Assembly (NCBI GenBank): GCA_002773945.1
Contig: PEZT01000010.1
Span: 4,028 to 68,027, forward strand
Direction: 5' to 3'
DNA length: 64,000 bases
DNA from: Candidatus Beckwithbacteria bacterium CG10_big_fil_rev_8_21_14_0_10_34_10
GTDB lineage: Bacteria > Patescibacteriota > Microgenomatia > UBA1400
This document shows, in pieces, positions 1 to 10,038 of the stretch. The notes under the pieces were generated by a model, which worked only from the letters and a program-made list of their open reading frames with translations, did not search any database and was not told the DNA's origin. Every line of letters starts with the position of its first letter. Within the stretch, counting starts at the first letter, position 1. The translations under genes were made by a program, and so were the position numbers.

Positions 1-1
1 A

Positions 2-757
2 GCTAGTAAAAATGATGCTGTTTTTAAAAACTTTAAAAGACATAAAGATTATCAAAGGGTTTTGGAACACGTCACTCAAAAACAAGGTCAGGCTTATTTA
101 AATGTGATTAAATCTGAAAATAAAAACTTATTAAAACATATTTCTAAGTTTCAAGAAAATGATCAATTAGGTAACCCATTAACTTTTTCATACAAAATAA
201 ATAAAAAAAATACTACTCTTTCTCCCACTACTCTAAGATATGTCAAAGTCTTATCGGATTTAAAAAATATTTTCTCTACTTTAAATAATTTTGAAATTAT
301 AGAAATCGGCGGCGGTTATGGCGGTCAAGGTAAAATAATTAGCTCCGTTTTTAAATTCAAATCATATACTATGGTTGATTTAGTTACTGTTCTTCCCTTG
401 GCAAGAAAATATTTAAGAATGTTAAAAGTAAAAAATGTTTTTTTTCTTAAACCAAGCAAAATCCCAGCTAAAAAAATATATGATCTAGTTATTAGTAATT
501 ATGCTTTTTCTGAATGCGGGAAAGAAATTCAAAATGAGTATATAGATAAAGTTTTAAAAACAACTAAAAAAGGCTATATTACTTATAACTATCAGAATGA
601 ATCAAAAAACAAATACCATCCTGTTTCCCCATATTCTAAAAAAGAAATAATAAGAATTTTGTCTAAATACCATCAGCTTAAAATTCTTCCAGAAAGACCT
701 AAAACCGGATCAGCTAACTTTATTATTGTCTGGGATGATATTGGGAAATTAAAATAG
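2..757 (+). CDS. class I SAM-dependent methyltransferase, 5-prime partial. The frame is open to the window edge; the ORF track starts at TTG 62.
   Basis: Glycine-rich SAM motif I IEIGGGYGGQG and a downstream acidic motif DLVISNYAF. There is no in-frame stop between nt 2 and 62 and no ATG, so the gene probably starts upstream of the window. Confidence 0.7.
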   Translation, partial: ASKNDAVFKNFKRHKDYQRVLEHVTQKQGQAYLNVIKSENKNLLKHISKFQENDQLGNPLTFSYKINKKNTTLSPTTLRYVKVLSDLKNIFSTLNNFEIIEIGGGYGGQGKIISSVFKFKSYTMVDLVTVLPLARKYLRMLKVKNVFFLKPSKIPAKKIYDLVISNYAFSECGKEIQNEYIDKVLKTTKKGYITYNYQNESKNKYHPVSPYSKKEIIRILSKYHQLKILPERPKTGSANFIIVWDDIGKLK

Positions 758-760
758 CCG

Positions 761-1537
761 TTATTTTCTTTGGACTTTTATCCTAAAACCAATTGATTCT
801 TTAAAATTGCTTTTTAATTTATCTTGTTTCCATTTTAAAAGTCTTTGATATAAAGGCAAAGAAAAACCACCAATTAAGTCAATAAAACCAGCCCAAGACG
901 TATCATAAACAACCGGCTCAATTTTCAAAATCTTAAAGCCATAATCCTCTAATATTTTTTTTATCCCTTTCTGTGAGTATTCAGTTTTGTGATCAGAATC
1001 AGAGTAAAAGTTTAAGCCAAATCTTTTCTGGATCTTTTTCCAGGAAGTGTTTTTGTTGGGAATTGAAATAAACACTTCTCCTTTTTTTTTCATAACTCTT
1101 TTTATTTCTTTTAAAAGCTGGTTTCTTTTATTTAAATGCTCTAAAACATCCAAACATAAAACCTTATCAAAATAGCTGTTTTTAAAAGGTAGTTTTTTCT
1201 CCAAATTTAAATGTAAAATCTTAGTATTTTTTATTCTTCCATCTAAAATTGTTTTTTTAGCAATTTGAAGTTCATTTTGATCATAGTCCACCCCAATTAC
1301 TTTGAGGCATCTCTTGGCTGTTTTTAAAGTATTTTGACCATTACCGCAACCTATATCTAAAACTAAATCTGTTTTTTTAATATCTTTTAAATACCAGCTT
1401 TGTCTTTTTTTGACTAAATGTTTGGGGTGAATCGGGTATTTGCTTTTTCCAGTTAGCTGGGTTAGGCGACAGGATAAAGCAGACAGATTCTTGCTTTTTT
1501 TTAGAAACCAGACAAAAGGAAATAAAACCTTAAACAT
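761..1537 (-). CDS. class I SAM-dependent methyltransferase
   Basis: Motif I VLDIGCGNGQNT and motif LDVLEHL (Methyltransf_11/23-like). Convergent with the plus-strand methyltransferase across a 3-nt gap. Confidence 0.8.
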   Translation of the reverse strand: MFKVLFPFVWFLKKSKNLSALSCRLTQLTGKSKYPIHPKHLVKKRQSWYLKDIKKTDLVLDIGCGNGQNTLKTAKRCLKVIGVDYDQNELQIAKKTILDGRIKNTKILHLNLEKKLPFKNSYFDKVLCLDVLEHLNKRNQLLKEIKRVMKKKGEVFISIPNKNTSWKKIQKRFGLNFYSDSDHKTEYSQKGIKKILEDYGFKILKIEPVVYDTSWAGFIDLIGGFSLPLYQRLLKWKQDKLKSNFKESIGFRIKVQRK

Positions 1538-2642
1538 TTTTTAAAATCTCTATCTCTTTAGCTAGAAGTTTTTGAATATTAAATTCTTGCTCGGCTTTTT
1601 TCCTAGCCTTTAAACCTAACTTTTTTCTAAGCCGATGGTTTTCAATTAAAGTTAATAAGTTGGCCCTAATTTCTTCAGGATTAAAGCCAGTTTTTAAAAT
1701 CTCTTTTTTATTTTCAAACTCTTCTACCCCACTATAATTCCCGACTAAGCAGGGGAGTCCTAAAGCCATTGCTTCAATTAAGGCTTTTGGCTGTCCCTCT
1801 TTATATGAAGGCAGACAAAAAATATCAGCCCCCTGATAATATCCAGAAAGTTTATTATGAACTACCCTGTCAATAATTTTTAAATTAACTTCTTTCTTCT
1901 TTGCCAATAAAATCAATTGGCTCCTTAGTTTACCTCTCCCTATAAAAAGCAAGTTAATTTTAGCCTTGTCTTTTATTAAAGCGGTTGCTTTTATAAGATT
2001 TTCTAAGTTTTTTTGCTTTTCTAGCCTGGCCACCGTCAAAACATTCACCCCTGAACCTTTAAGTAGTTTTTTTGCCTTTTCTGGTTTAAATTTCTTTGTA
2101 TCAACTCCATTAGGAACATAAAATATTTTAGCCCGAGGGTATTTACTTTGTAAATTCAGCTTGTTTTTTTTGTTCGTGACAATTACTCCAGAAGCAAAAT
2201 AAAAAGCAATTTTTTCTAAACCTTTTAAAAGAATTGGTCTTATTCTTTGGTTTTTAAATTTAGCAAAAGCATAATAATCATAACCATAGGTAAAAATAAA
2301 CGGCTTTTTAAAAAATATTCGACAAATTATAGCGGGTATTACTCCCGTTAACTGCATAACTCGAAAAACATCTATATTTTTAACCCGAGAAAGATGAACA
2401 AAGGGAATTAAAAACTGATAAAAAAACCGATGCCAATTATGCTTATTTTCTAAAACAAAACAGCTTTTAGGCAAACTAAGCTTTAGCTGATCATAGGTAA
2501 AAATGTAAACCTGATCAAACTTTTCTTTGTAATTACTAAGATAATAATTAAAAAAACGGCTGTCTTGTCCAGATTTCTTTAAAGAAGAAAAACTATCTCC
2601 CGGGCTTAAAAAAATTCCAAGGTTAGAATTTACTTTGTTCAT
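1530..2642 (-). CDS. GT4 family glycosyltransferase (retaining, GT-B fold)
   Basis: C-terminal E-X7-E type motif EGQPKALIEAMALGLPCLV. Length 370 aa. Confidence 0.8.
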   Translation of the reverse strand: MNKVNSNLGIFLSPGDSFSSLKKSGQDSRFFNYYLSNYKEKFDQVYIFTYDQLKLSLPKSCFVLENKHNWHRFFYQFLIPFVHLSRVKNIDVFRVMQLTGVIPAIICRIFFKKPFIFTYGYDYYAFAKFKNQRIRPILLKGLEKIAFYFASGVIVTNKKNKLNLQSKYPRAKIFYVPNGVDTKKFKPEKAKKLLKGSGVNVLTVARLEKQKNLENLIKATALIKDKAKINLLFIGRGKLRSQLILLAKKKEVNLKIIDRVVHNKLSGYYQGADIFCLPSYKEGQPKALIEAMALGLPCLVGNYSGVEEFENKKEILKTGFNPEEIRANLLTLIENHRLRKKLGLKARKKAEQEFNIQKLLAKEIEILKNV

Positions 2643-4108
2643 TTATAATTATTACATTTAATATTAGGGAATAACTCGGCTGACTGATGATAGTTTTGCT
2701 TAAAACTCTTCGCAAGAATACTTGTTTTAACACTGGGAACAATTAATTCTTTCTTAGAATAAATATTAAAATAATTATTAAATTCATCTTTAAGTTGATA
2801 AGAATAATTAAATTCTTCTTTGTTTAACTGATCATTAAACAATAAAGCATAATCACTGGTGGCTAAGTTTTTTTTATCTGGTAGGCCAGTATAAAATAGG
2901 GTTACAAAAGAATCGAGGTTGCTGAAAACTTGCTCCCTGCATAAAGCATTTTCTCGAACAATAAAGCCAGCGGCTTTAAATAGTTGAGGATTTTGATAAT
3001 ATCCTTTAATGCTATTGGTAAAATCTATTTTCTCAGGGAAATAAAACTTTTTTATAAAATTCAAGTTAATTAAGACCAAAAATAAGACTAAAAAAAATGA
3101 TCCTAATTTATTAAAGGACGCTAACTTTTTTAACCCAAAGCTTGCTCCAATAATAATTAAAGGGAAAAAATTTAGAAAATGAACTGTCGGTGCTCGATGA
3201 AAAGAAAAATAAAGCAAGGGAAATAAGAATATGAGGTTATATTTTTTCCCCCACTTATCAAAAAAGCTTGTAAAAAATAAAATCAACAAGCTTAAGCTAA
3301 ATAAAAAGTGATTATAAAGATTTAAAACCGTGATTGATTTTAAAACATTAAAGTTAAAACCCTCCCCTCCTCTGGCTAATATTCTAAAAAACCCAAATTC
3401 TTTTAAATCAGCTGGATTAATGTAATTTGTCTTGGCGGCCAAATAAGGAATAAAACTCCACAATCCAATGAACAGTAAAAATAAAACACCAAAAAGAAAA
3501 AAAGGGAGAATTATCTCTTTTTTTAAAACCTTTTTCTTGTATTTTAAAAAAAGGTTTAAACCCATTCCCGGCAAAAGAAAAATGCTGTCAATATAAAAAA
3601 GCAAACTGATAAACAGATAAATAAGACTCTTAGTTAAATCCCTATAATTCTCTTTTTTTAAAAAATTAAGGAAATAAAAAGCCGCTAAGCTGACAAACAA
3701 AAAAAACCCAGATACCCCATTGGTTAAACGAGATAAAATAACCACTCCGCTGGTGGCATAAAAAAGGAGAGTTAGAGTGACAATAAAATGACTATTAGTT
3801 AATAACTTAACCGTCTTTTTAACAACAAAAAAAGTGATTAAAGCCATAATTATACTAGGCAAGCGGAGTAAAAACTCATTTGGCCCTAAGAAAATAAAAG
3901 GAATTTCTATTAATCCCCTGGCCGGTTCATGACCATATAAAAAAATGCTCGGTAAAAACTTAATATTTAACCGGTAAAATAAAGCATAAAAAATTCCCGA
4001 AACTTCATTGCCATGTAAAACTCCATTGGCCTTGAAAAACAAAAAAAAGAAAAAAAGCAAAAAGATAAGATAGTCAAACCAAAACCAAGATAATTTCTTT
4101 TTAATCAT
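2639..4108 (-). CDS. polytopic integral membrane protein, possible GT-C-like glycosyltransferase
   Basis: More than 10 predicted hydrophobic helices. Family not recognised. Confidence 0.55.
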   Translation of the reverse strand: MIKKKLSWFWFDYLIFLLFFFFLFFKANGVLHGNEVSGIFYALFYRLNIKFLPSIFLYGHEPARGLIEIPFIFLGPNEFLLRLPSIIMALITFFVVKKTVKLLTNSHFIVTLTLLFYATSGVVILSRLTNGVSGFFLFVSLAAFYFLNFLKKENYRDLTKSLIYLFISLLFYIDSIFLLPGMGLNLFLKYKKKVLKKEIILPFFLFGVLFLLFIGLWSFIPYLAAKTNYINPADLKEFGFFRILARGGEGFNFNVLKSITVLNLYNHFLFSLSLLILFFTSFFDKWGKKYNLIFLFPLLYFSFHRAPTVHFLNFFPLIIIGASFGLKKLASFNKLGSFFLVLFLVLINLNFIKKFYFPEKIDFTNSIKGYYQNPQLFKAAGFIVRENALCREQVFSNLDSFVTLFYTGLPDKKNLATSDYALLFNDQLNKEEFNYSYQLKDEFNNYFNIYSKKELIVPSVKTSILAKSFKQNYHQSAELFPNIKCNNYK

Positions 4109-5039
4109 CCCTGCCTGATTTTAAATAATACAAAACATCTTCAGAAAGCTGGCGGTGCTTGGCTAAAATTTTACCCACTAAAGCAATCCCAAAAAACTGA
4201 ACGCCAGTTAAACATAAAAGGACGCCCAAAATTAAAGATTGAACATGACCTGAACCATTCCCCTCAAAATAGAAAATTAAAAACCTAATCAAAGGCACTA
4301 AACCAATAATAATAAAAATTGAAGCCAAAATAGAAAAAACTTTTAAAGGCTCATAAAGTAAATAAACCATTAAAATATTAACCACTGACTGCCTTAAATG
4401 AATCAAAGTATTTTTAGCTAACCGAGACCTTCTGGTTGGCCTATTGACCTTTATTTTTATAAAAGAAGCTTTCAGACCCTTTTTCCCCACCTGAATCAGA
4501 GTATCAATCACGTAGGAAAAGTTAGAAGTAGGATTGATTTCTAAAAGAGCCTGTCTTGAATAAGCCCTAAATCCGGAAGTAGCATCAGGTATTTTTATAC
4601 CGGCGGCCCGGGAAACTATTTTACTCCCAATGACTTGTAAAAACTTTTTAATCTGAGAAAAATGGCTGATTTTTTTTACCTGTCTATCGGCAATAACAAC
4701 TTCTGCTTTTCTTTGAACTATTGGTTTAACTAAATCAGGAATGTATTTTCCCGGATATTGATTATCGCCGTCAGTATTAACTAAAATATCATATCTTTTT
4801 TTAAGAGCAAATTTTAAACCTCTTTTAAAGGTATAACCTAATCCCCTATTGGTTTTGTTTCTTATAATATGATTAACTTTAAACTTTTGGGCTGTTTCAA
4901 AAGTTTTATCAGTCGAGCCATCATCAATTATTAAAACATCGATTGTCTGAATTCCTTTAATTTTTTTAGGAATTGCCTTTAAAACCAAAGGCAGGGTCTT
5001 TTCTTCATTAAAACATGGAATTTGAATTAGTAACTTCAT
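4101..5039 (-). CDS. GT2 polyprenyl-phosphate glycosyltransferase (GtrB/ArnC/Dpm1-like) with C-terminal transmembrane helices
   Basis: N-terminal IPCFNEE and IIDDGSTDKT motifs, DXD-like TDGD, and two C-terminal transmembrane segments (ILASIFIIIGLVPLIRF, LILGVLLCLTGVQFFGIAL). Confidence 0.8.
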   Translation of the reverse strand: MKLLIQIPCFNEEKTLPLVLKAIPKKIKGIQTIDVLIIDDGSTDKTFETAQKFKVNHIIRNKTNRGLGYTFKRGLKFALKKRYDILVNTDGDNQYPGKYIPDLVKPIVQRKAEVVIADRQVKKISHFSQIKKFLQVIGSKIVSRAAGIKIPDATSGFRAYSRQALLEINPTSNFSYVIDTLIQVGKKGLKASFIKIKVNRPTRRSRLAKNTLIHLRQSVVNILMVYLLYEPLKVFSILASIFIIIGLVPLIRFLIFYFEGNGSGHVQSLILGVLLCLTGVQFFGIALVGKILAKHRQLSEDVLYYLKSGRDD

Positions 5040-5040
5040 T

Positions 5041-5601
5041 TTACTTTCCTAGAACCATAAAATGGTTTAGGCCAAATTCAAAACTTTGATAATATTTAAC
5101 TTCTAAATCAGCTTCTTTTGCCAATTGGATAAGTTCTTTTTTAGAAAAATAGTGTTTATGATCTTTATTTTGGCGGGAAAATATTCTAATCTTAACCCCT
5201 AACTCTAATATGGTCTTGGCCTTTTTATCTGGAGTAGTAATAATTATTCTGCCCTTTTTATTCAAATGTTTGCTAAGATTTTTTACTATTTTAAAAGGTT
5301 CATCTAAGTGTTCTAAAACAGCCAGCATTAAGACTATATCTTGTTTAAAAAGCTCTAAAGAAGTAAAATTTTCAGTGTTGAAATATGAGTTAATAAACTT
5401 CTCCTCTCCATATTTTTGGCAAGCTTCTTGATAACGCTGTTTATTTCCTTCAATCCCAAAATAATCAGTTTTTTTTGGCAAATAATCAATCATTTCCCCT
5501 GAACCACAACCAATATCTAAAATCTTCTTCCCTTTTGGGATAAAAGAAATAGCTTTTTTAAATCTAAGATATCTTAATAATGGTGATAATAAACCATTCA
5601 T
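5041..5601 (-). CDS. class I SAM-dependent methyltransferase
   Basis: Motif I ILDIGCGSGEM and motif LAVLEHLDEP. Confidence 0.8.
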   Translation of the reverse strand: MNGLLSPLLRYLRFKKAISFIPKGKKILDIGCGSGEMIDYLPKKTDYFGIEGNKQRYQEACQKYGEEKFINSYFNTENFTSLELFKQDIVLMLAVLEHLDEPFKIVKNLSKHLNKKGRIIITTPDKKAKTILELGVKIRIFSRQNKDHKHYFSKKELIQLAKEADLEVKYYQSFEFGLNHFMVLGK

Positions 5602-6884
5602 TTCAAAGATTGATAAATTGATATAATTCTCTCAGTTATTTTCTTTTGATTAAATTTTTGTTTAACAAATTGGTAATGATTCTCTCCTATTTTAAGGCTT
5701 AAGCTTTTATCTCGCAATAGTTTTAAAATTACCTCAGCCAGCTGACTGGGGTTTTTTCTTGAAACAATAAACCCTGTTTTACCAGCTATTATTTGTTCTT
5801 TTAAACCGCCGCTTCTAGTTATTATTACCGCCTTTTTGAAAAGAGCTGCCTCAATTGGAACCCGTCCAAAGGGCTCAATCCCAGCTGTGGGAACAACTAC
5901 AAGATCTGCTAATTGATAGTATTTAAAAAGTTCTTCATGAGAAACTTCGGGAATAATTTTAAAATAAGATTGGGTTTTAACTTTTAGGCTTCCCTTGCCA
6001 ATCAAAAGAAAAACAACATTTTTTTCTCTTTGACAAACAATCTCCCCAGCTTTCAGTAAATCATAAACTCCTTTCCCTAAAGTGAGACGGCCAGCATAAA
6101 GAACTACTTTCTTGTTCCCAAGCTGGTGCTTCTTTCTAAGGCGGATTATTTCTTCATTATTTGTCTTTTTAACTCCCAATGGCGGCAAATTATAAACTAC
6201 CTTAATTTTATCTTTGCAAACCAAGTCTGCTTTTAAATAAATCTCCCTTAAACTATTGCTGATAGCGATTAATTTATCACAATTTTTTAATAACCTTCGC
6301 TTCATTAAGTTATCTATCCAGGAATAGAGTAAAGAGGCACGGGCATAAAGATATTTTATTTTAGATTTTGGTTTTAAATATAAATTAATATATTCAGGCA
6401 CGCATTGGTTCCAGAAATGAGAAAAGCTCGAGGATTCTCTTTTAATAGATTTTTTTTGCAAGCAAGTTCCTACTGGACAAAAAAGAACAAAATTTCTCAA
6501 AGTAAAAACTAATGGCTTTCTTAAAATATATTTTGCCAAGACAGCTGCTGGCAAGGAAAACCTTTCCTGAAGATGCAATAAATCAACTTTTTCTCTAATA
6601 CTGTAATAAACTATCCAAAAACCAAAATATAAATAATACAAAGGCTGGGAATTAAGAAAATAAGGCAGAGTCTGACTTTTATTTTTAAGTTTAAAAGGAA
6701 AAGGAAAACGGATAATTTTAAAACCTTTACTCTCCTCTGTTTTCGGGTTCTTCCCATAATTAGGCGTTAAAACAACCACTTCTTCCCCTTTTTTTGCTAA
6801 TCCTTGGGCTGAGTAATAACTACTCCATTCTGCTCCTCCAGGAGCAAAGGGAGGAAAATAGTCAGAGATAAAAAGAATTCTCAT
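5598..6884 (-). CDS. GT4 family glycosyltransferase
   Basis: Motif EPFGRVPIEAALFKKAVIITRSGG near the C-terminus. N-terminal GGAEWS resembles glycogen-synthase-like GT4 starts. Confidence 0.75.
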   Translation of the reverse strand: MRILFISDYFPPFAPGGAEWSSYYSAQGLAKKGEEVVVLTPNYGKNPKTEESKGFKIIRFPFPFKLKNKSQTLPYFLNSQPLYYLYFGFWIVYYSIREKVDLLHLQERFSLPAAVLAKYILRKPLVFTLRNFVLFCPVGTCLQKKSIKRESSSFSHFWNQCVPEYINLYLKPKSKIKYLYARASLLYSWIDNLMKRRLLKNCDKLIAISNSLREIYLKADLVCKDKIKVVYNLPPLGVKKTNNEEIIRLRKKHQLGNKKVVLYAGRLTLGKGVYDLLKAGEIVCQREKNVVFLLIGKGSLKVKTQSYFKIIPEVSHEELFKYYQLADLVVVPTAGIEPFGRVPIEAALFKKAVIITRSGGLKEQIIAGKTGFIVSRKNPSQLAEVILKLLRDKSLSLKIGENHYQFVKQKFNQKKITERIISIYQSLK

Positions 6885-6922
6885 AATTAAAAAACCTACT
6901 ATTAACTAACAATTAATAATTT

Positions 6923-8056
6923 CTAATTAAAATTAGTTTTAATTTTTTTATAAATCTCTATTTGCTTTCTAGCTGATATAGCCCAAGAAAATTGCTGACT
7001 ATATCCCCTCGCTGATTGCCCCATTTTTGCTCTTAGATTTTTATCTTTTAATAACCTCTTAATTTTTTCTCTCCAGTCACTAATATCATTAAACTTAGCT
7101 AAATAGCCTGTCTTACCATTTATAATGAGTTCTTTTAAAGAGCTCACGTCTGAAGCAATTGCCGGAATACCACAGCTACCGGCTTCAATAATAGGCATCC
7201 CAAAACCTTCTTTTTGTGAGGGAAAAAGAAAAATATCAGCTAGGTTATAATAGTCAATTTTTTCTTCTTCTTTAATAAAACCAGTAAAAATTACTTTATT
7301 TTTTAAACCTAATTTATTTTTTATCTTAATTAGCTTAGATTTTAACCTTCCTTCTCCTACAATCAACAATTTTATATTCTCCTCCTGTATCTTCGTCATA
7401 AGTCTTAAAAGAAAACCAATATTTTTCCTTGGCTTTAACCCTCCTAAAAATAAAAGCACTTTTTTGTTTTTAAGATTATATTTTTTTAATAAAAAGTCTT
7501 TTTTCATTTTAGGCTTGAATTTTTTATCCACTCCGGCATATATAATTTTGATTTTTTCTTTGTTTAGCTCATATTTTTCAACAATTTCATTTTTAGTAAA
7601 TTGGCTGTCAGCGGTAATTACATCCCATTTTTTGATAAACAACTTGTTAATTAAATCAAATAAAAAATTATCTTCAAGATGATGATAATGAACAACAAGA
7701 TTAATTTTGGAAGATAAAAAAAACTTAAAAATTAAAGCTCCTAAACCAACAAAATAAGGAGAGTGAACTCTTAAAATATTAAACTTATGGTTTTTTAAAA
7801 TCCCAAATAAATAAGGAAGAATTAACAAATTAAACAAATAAGGCGGCCACACAAAAGAAATAGGTAAATAGTAAACTATGAGATTCTGGTGTTTAAAGCA
7901 AGGCTTGTTTTTAGGTAGAATAACAATTACTTTAACTCCTAAATCACACAAATATTTTAGAGTTTCACGATCATAAACCTCTCCCCCCGAATTAGATTGA
8001 GAAGAGATACCCAGCTGGGGAGAACAAACAACTAGTTTCTTATTTATTTTTTTCAT
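6923..8056 (-). CDS. GT4 family glycosyltransferase
   Basis: Motif EGFGMPIIEAGSCGIPAIASDVSSLKE. Confidence 0.8.
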   Translation of the reverse strand: MKKINKKLVVCSPQLGISSQSNSGGEVYDRETLKYLCDLGVKVIVILPKNKPCFKHQNLIVYYLPISFVWPPYLFNLLILPYLFGILKNHKFNILRVHSPYFVGLGALIFKFFLSSKINLVVHYHHLEDNFLFDLINKLFIKKWDVITADSQFTKNEIVEKYELNKEKIKIIYAGVDKKFKPKMKKDFLLKKYNLKNKKVLLFLGGLKPRKNIGFLLRLMTKIQEENIKLLIVGEGRLKSKLIKIKNKLGLKNKVIFTGFIKEEEKIDYYNLADIFLFPSQKEGFGMPIIEAGSCGIPAIASDVSSLKELIINGKTGYLAKFNDISDWREKIKRLLKDKNLRAKMGQSARGYSQQFSWAISARKQIEIYKKIKTNFN

Positions 8057-8849
8057 TTAAGCATCTAAACTTACTCTGCCAATAAATTTCTTTTAATTTT
8101 AAGGGAATTAGGTAAAGCAAAAAAGGTTTAATTAACTTTATTATCTCCCCCCACGAATAATCACCATCTTTAATAGCCTTAAATCTAATTTTTAAAGCTA
8201 ATTTATTTTGTTGTTTTTGCTTTTTAAAATTTGGCAGCCAACGGAATTTTAATAAATATTCAGCTAAGTTAGCGCAAGCATATTTGGCAGCGATTCTTAA
8301 AAACAAATCATAATCCTGGCTATAAAATAATCCTTCATTATAACCTCCCCCAATTTTCTTGAATATTTCCTTTCTCATCATAACTGAAGAATGAACAAAA
8401 GGATTATAACTTAAAATATTATTTCTAATCACCTTATCCTCTGTAGGATATTTAAATTGGCCAATATTCCTACCCTGGCTATCAATAATCTTTGCCCAAC
8501 ATCCCAAGATTACTATCAACTTATTTTTATCTAAAAACTCTACCTGCTTTTTTAACCTATCTTTTAAACTAATATCATCTCCATCCATTCGAGCCAAATA
8601 TTCTCCCTTACTTTCCTTAATTAAAATATTAAGAGATTTTGCCAGTCCATTTCTTTTCTTATTCCTAAAAACCTTAATCCTTTTATCTTTAAAACTTTTA
8701 ACTATTTTAAAGCTATTGTCTTTTGAACCATCATCTAAAATAAGAAACTCAAAGTTATTAAAACTTTGTTTTAAAATGCTTTGAATGGCTTCATCTAAAA
8801 ATTCTTCCTGGTTGTAAACCGGCATTAAAACACTAATTTTTCTTTTCAT
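8040..8849 (-). CDS. GT2 family glycosyltransferase (cytoplasmic type)
   Basis: MPVYNQEEFL, LDDGSKDNS and DGDD motifs typical of Glycos_transf_2. Confidence 0.8.
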   Translation of the reverse strand: MKRKISVLMPVYNQEEFLDEAIQSILKQSFNNFEFLILDDGSKDNSFKIVKSFKDKRIKVFRNKKRNGLAKSLNILIKESKGEYLARMDGDDISLKDRLKKQVEFLDKNKLIVILGCWAKIIDSQGRNIGQFKYPTEDKVIRNNILSYNPFVHSSVMMRKEIFKKIGGGYNEGLFYSQDYDLFLRIAAKYACANLAEYLLKFRWLPNFKKQKQQNKLALKIRFKAIKDGDYSWGEIIKLIKPFLLYLIPLKLKEIYWQSKFRCLNEKNK

Positions 8850-10038
8850 AAGATTGAAATACCTCCCTTATAAACCAGAACAAACATAATAGCCAAACAA
8901 TATTGCTTGAAACAAAGTTATATTGTCTTAAAACTAATTGAACCGGGCTTTGAAAAAGATACAAGCTGCCAATTAAAGTATACCCTAAGAAAAACCAAGA
9001 ATAACTCAAAGCACCAATGGCTAGGGGTAAAACCAAATATTGATCAGACATTCCTGAAGTAAAGGTAAGAAAAAAAAGAAAATTAATTAAAACAGCCCGC
9101 ATGAGCTTCTTTGTCTTAAAAATAAAGGCAAAAGAAAAAAATAAAAGAATAAAAATCTTGCTGTAAACTGATACTAAATCCAGATTAATTTTTTCAAGAA
9201 AATAACTAATCCCATAACCTCCGGTCAAACTCTCATACTGGAATACGTTTTTAATAATTCCCCTTCTTCCTAATGACCAATAGGGAATAAAGGTGCCTAG
9301 AAAAATAAGAACTGATAAACCAAAGCTAAAAACAACCTTTTTCTTATCCTTAAAAATATGATTTAAAAAAACCAAAACTTGATTAAAAACAATGTGTTTT
9401 ATTATTCCTCCAAAAAGAAATAAAAGAGCCGGAAGTTTGCTTTTCCTATTTTTAAGATAAAAATATACTCCTAAAAGGATAAATAAAATACTTAAATTTT
9501 CAAACTGGCCATGATGACCAGTAATAATAATACTAATTGGGTTTAGGAAAAATCCAATTGCCACCGGAGGAAAGAAAATCTTTTTTAGTTTTGAGATTTT
9601 ATATAAAACCAGTAAAATCACCAGGTCAACTAAGGTTAAAAAGGCCCTGACAATAAAGAAAAAGGAAATTTTTGGAAATATCAAACTAATTTTGTAAAGA
9701 CTAAATAGGATAGTAAACCAGAAAGGAGAATAATTATATCGATGAGTATATAGATAGACATTTTTCCCCTCAGACAAAATCTTGGCTACAATCTCATAAG
9801 AAAAAAGGTCATAATTTCCTAGGGTGAAGCCTGCCAGACTTAGGCGACAGTAAAGCCCTAAGATAATCACTAATAAAATAGTTATTAAATTTAACCATCT
9901 GATTTTTTTAAGTCTGTCTTTATAAAAAAATACCAGTAAAAAATAGCCAATAAAGAAAACAAGAATTACTAAAAAAGCACCATGAAGGTGATAAATAAAC
10001 GGCTTTGCTAAAAGATAAAATAAACTTTCACTTTTCAT
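8833..10038 (-). CDS. polytopic membrane protein; candidate polymerase, ligase or GT-C enzyme
   Basis: About 12 hydrophobic helices. No recognisable soluble domain. Confidence 0.5.
   Translation of the reverse strand: MKSESLFYLLAKPFIYHLHGAFLVILVFFIGYFLLVFFYKDRLKKIRWLNLITILLVIILGLYCRLSLAGFTLGNYDLFSYEIVAKILSEGKNVYLYTHRYNYSPFWFTILFSLYKISLIFPKISFFFIVRAFLTLVDLVILLVLYKISKLKKIFFPPVAIGFFLNPISIIITGHHGQFENLSILFILLGVYFYLKNRKSKLPALLFLFGGIIKHIVFNQVLVFLNHIFKDKKKVVFSFGLSVLIFLGTFIPYWSLGRRGIIKNVFQYESLTGGYGISYFLEKINLDLVSVYSKIFILLFFSFAFIFKTKKLMRAVLINFLFFLTFTSGMSDQYLVLPLAIGALSYSWFFLGYTLIGSLYLFQSPVQLVLRQYNFVSSNIVWLLCLFWFIREVFQSYEKKN

Noticed and set aside
5210-5431. Short plus-strand ORFs (60-103 aa) lying antisense inside long minus-strand genes (5210-5431, 7464-7682, 15284-15478, 15561-15755, 16565-16840, 17767-18078, 22556-22762, 25249-25509, 26664-26855, 27373-27615, 34397-34639, 37856-38038, 42209-42412, 48559-48777, 52326-52556, 56499-56702, 57848-58105, 58743-58949, 61010-61201)
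   Set aside because: All are fully contained in much longer ORFs on the opposite strand that have clear glycosyltransferase, methyltransferase or membrane-protein signatures. Their low-complexity K/L/F/S-rich translations are the expected by-product of reading AT-rich coding DNA in reverse. None has any motif.
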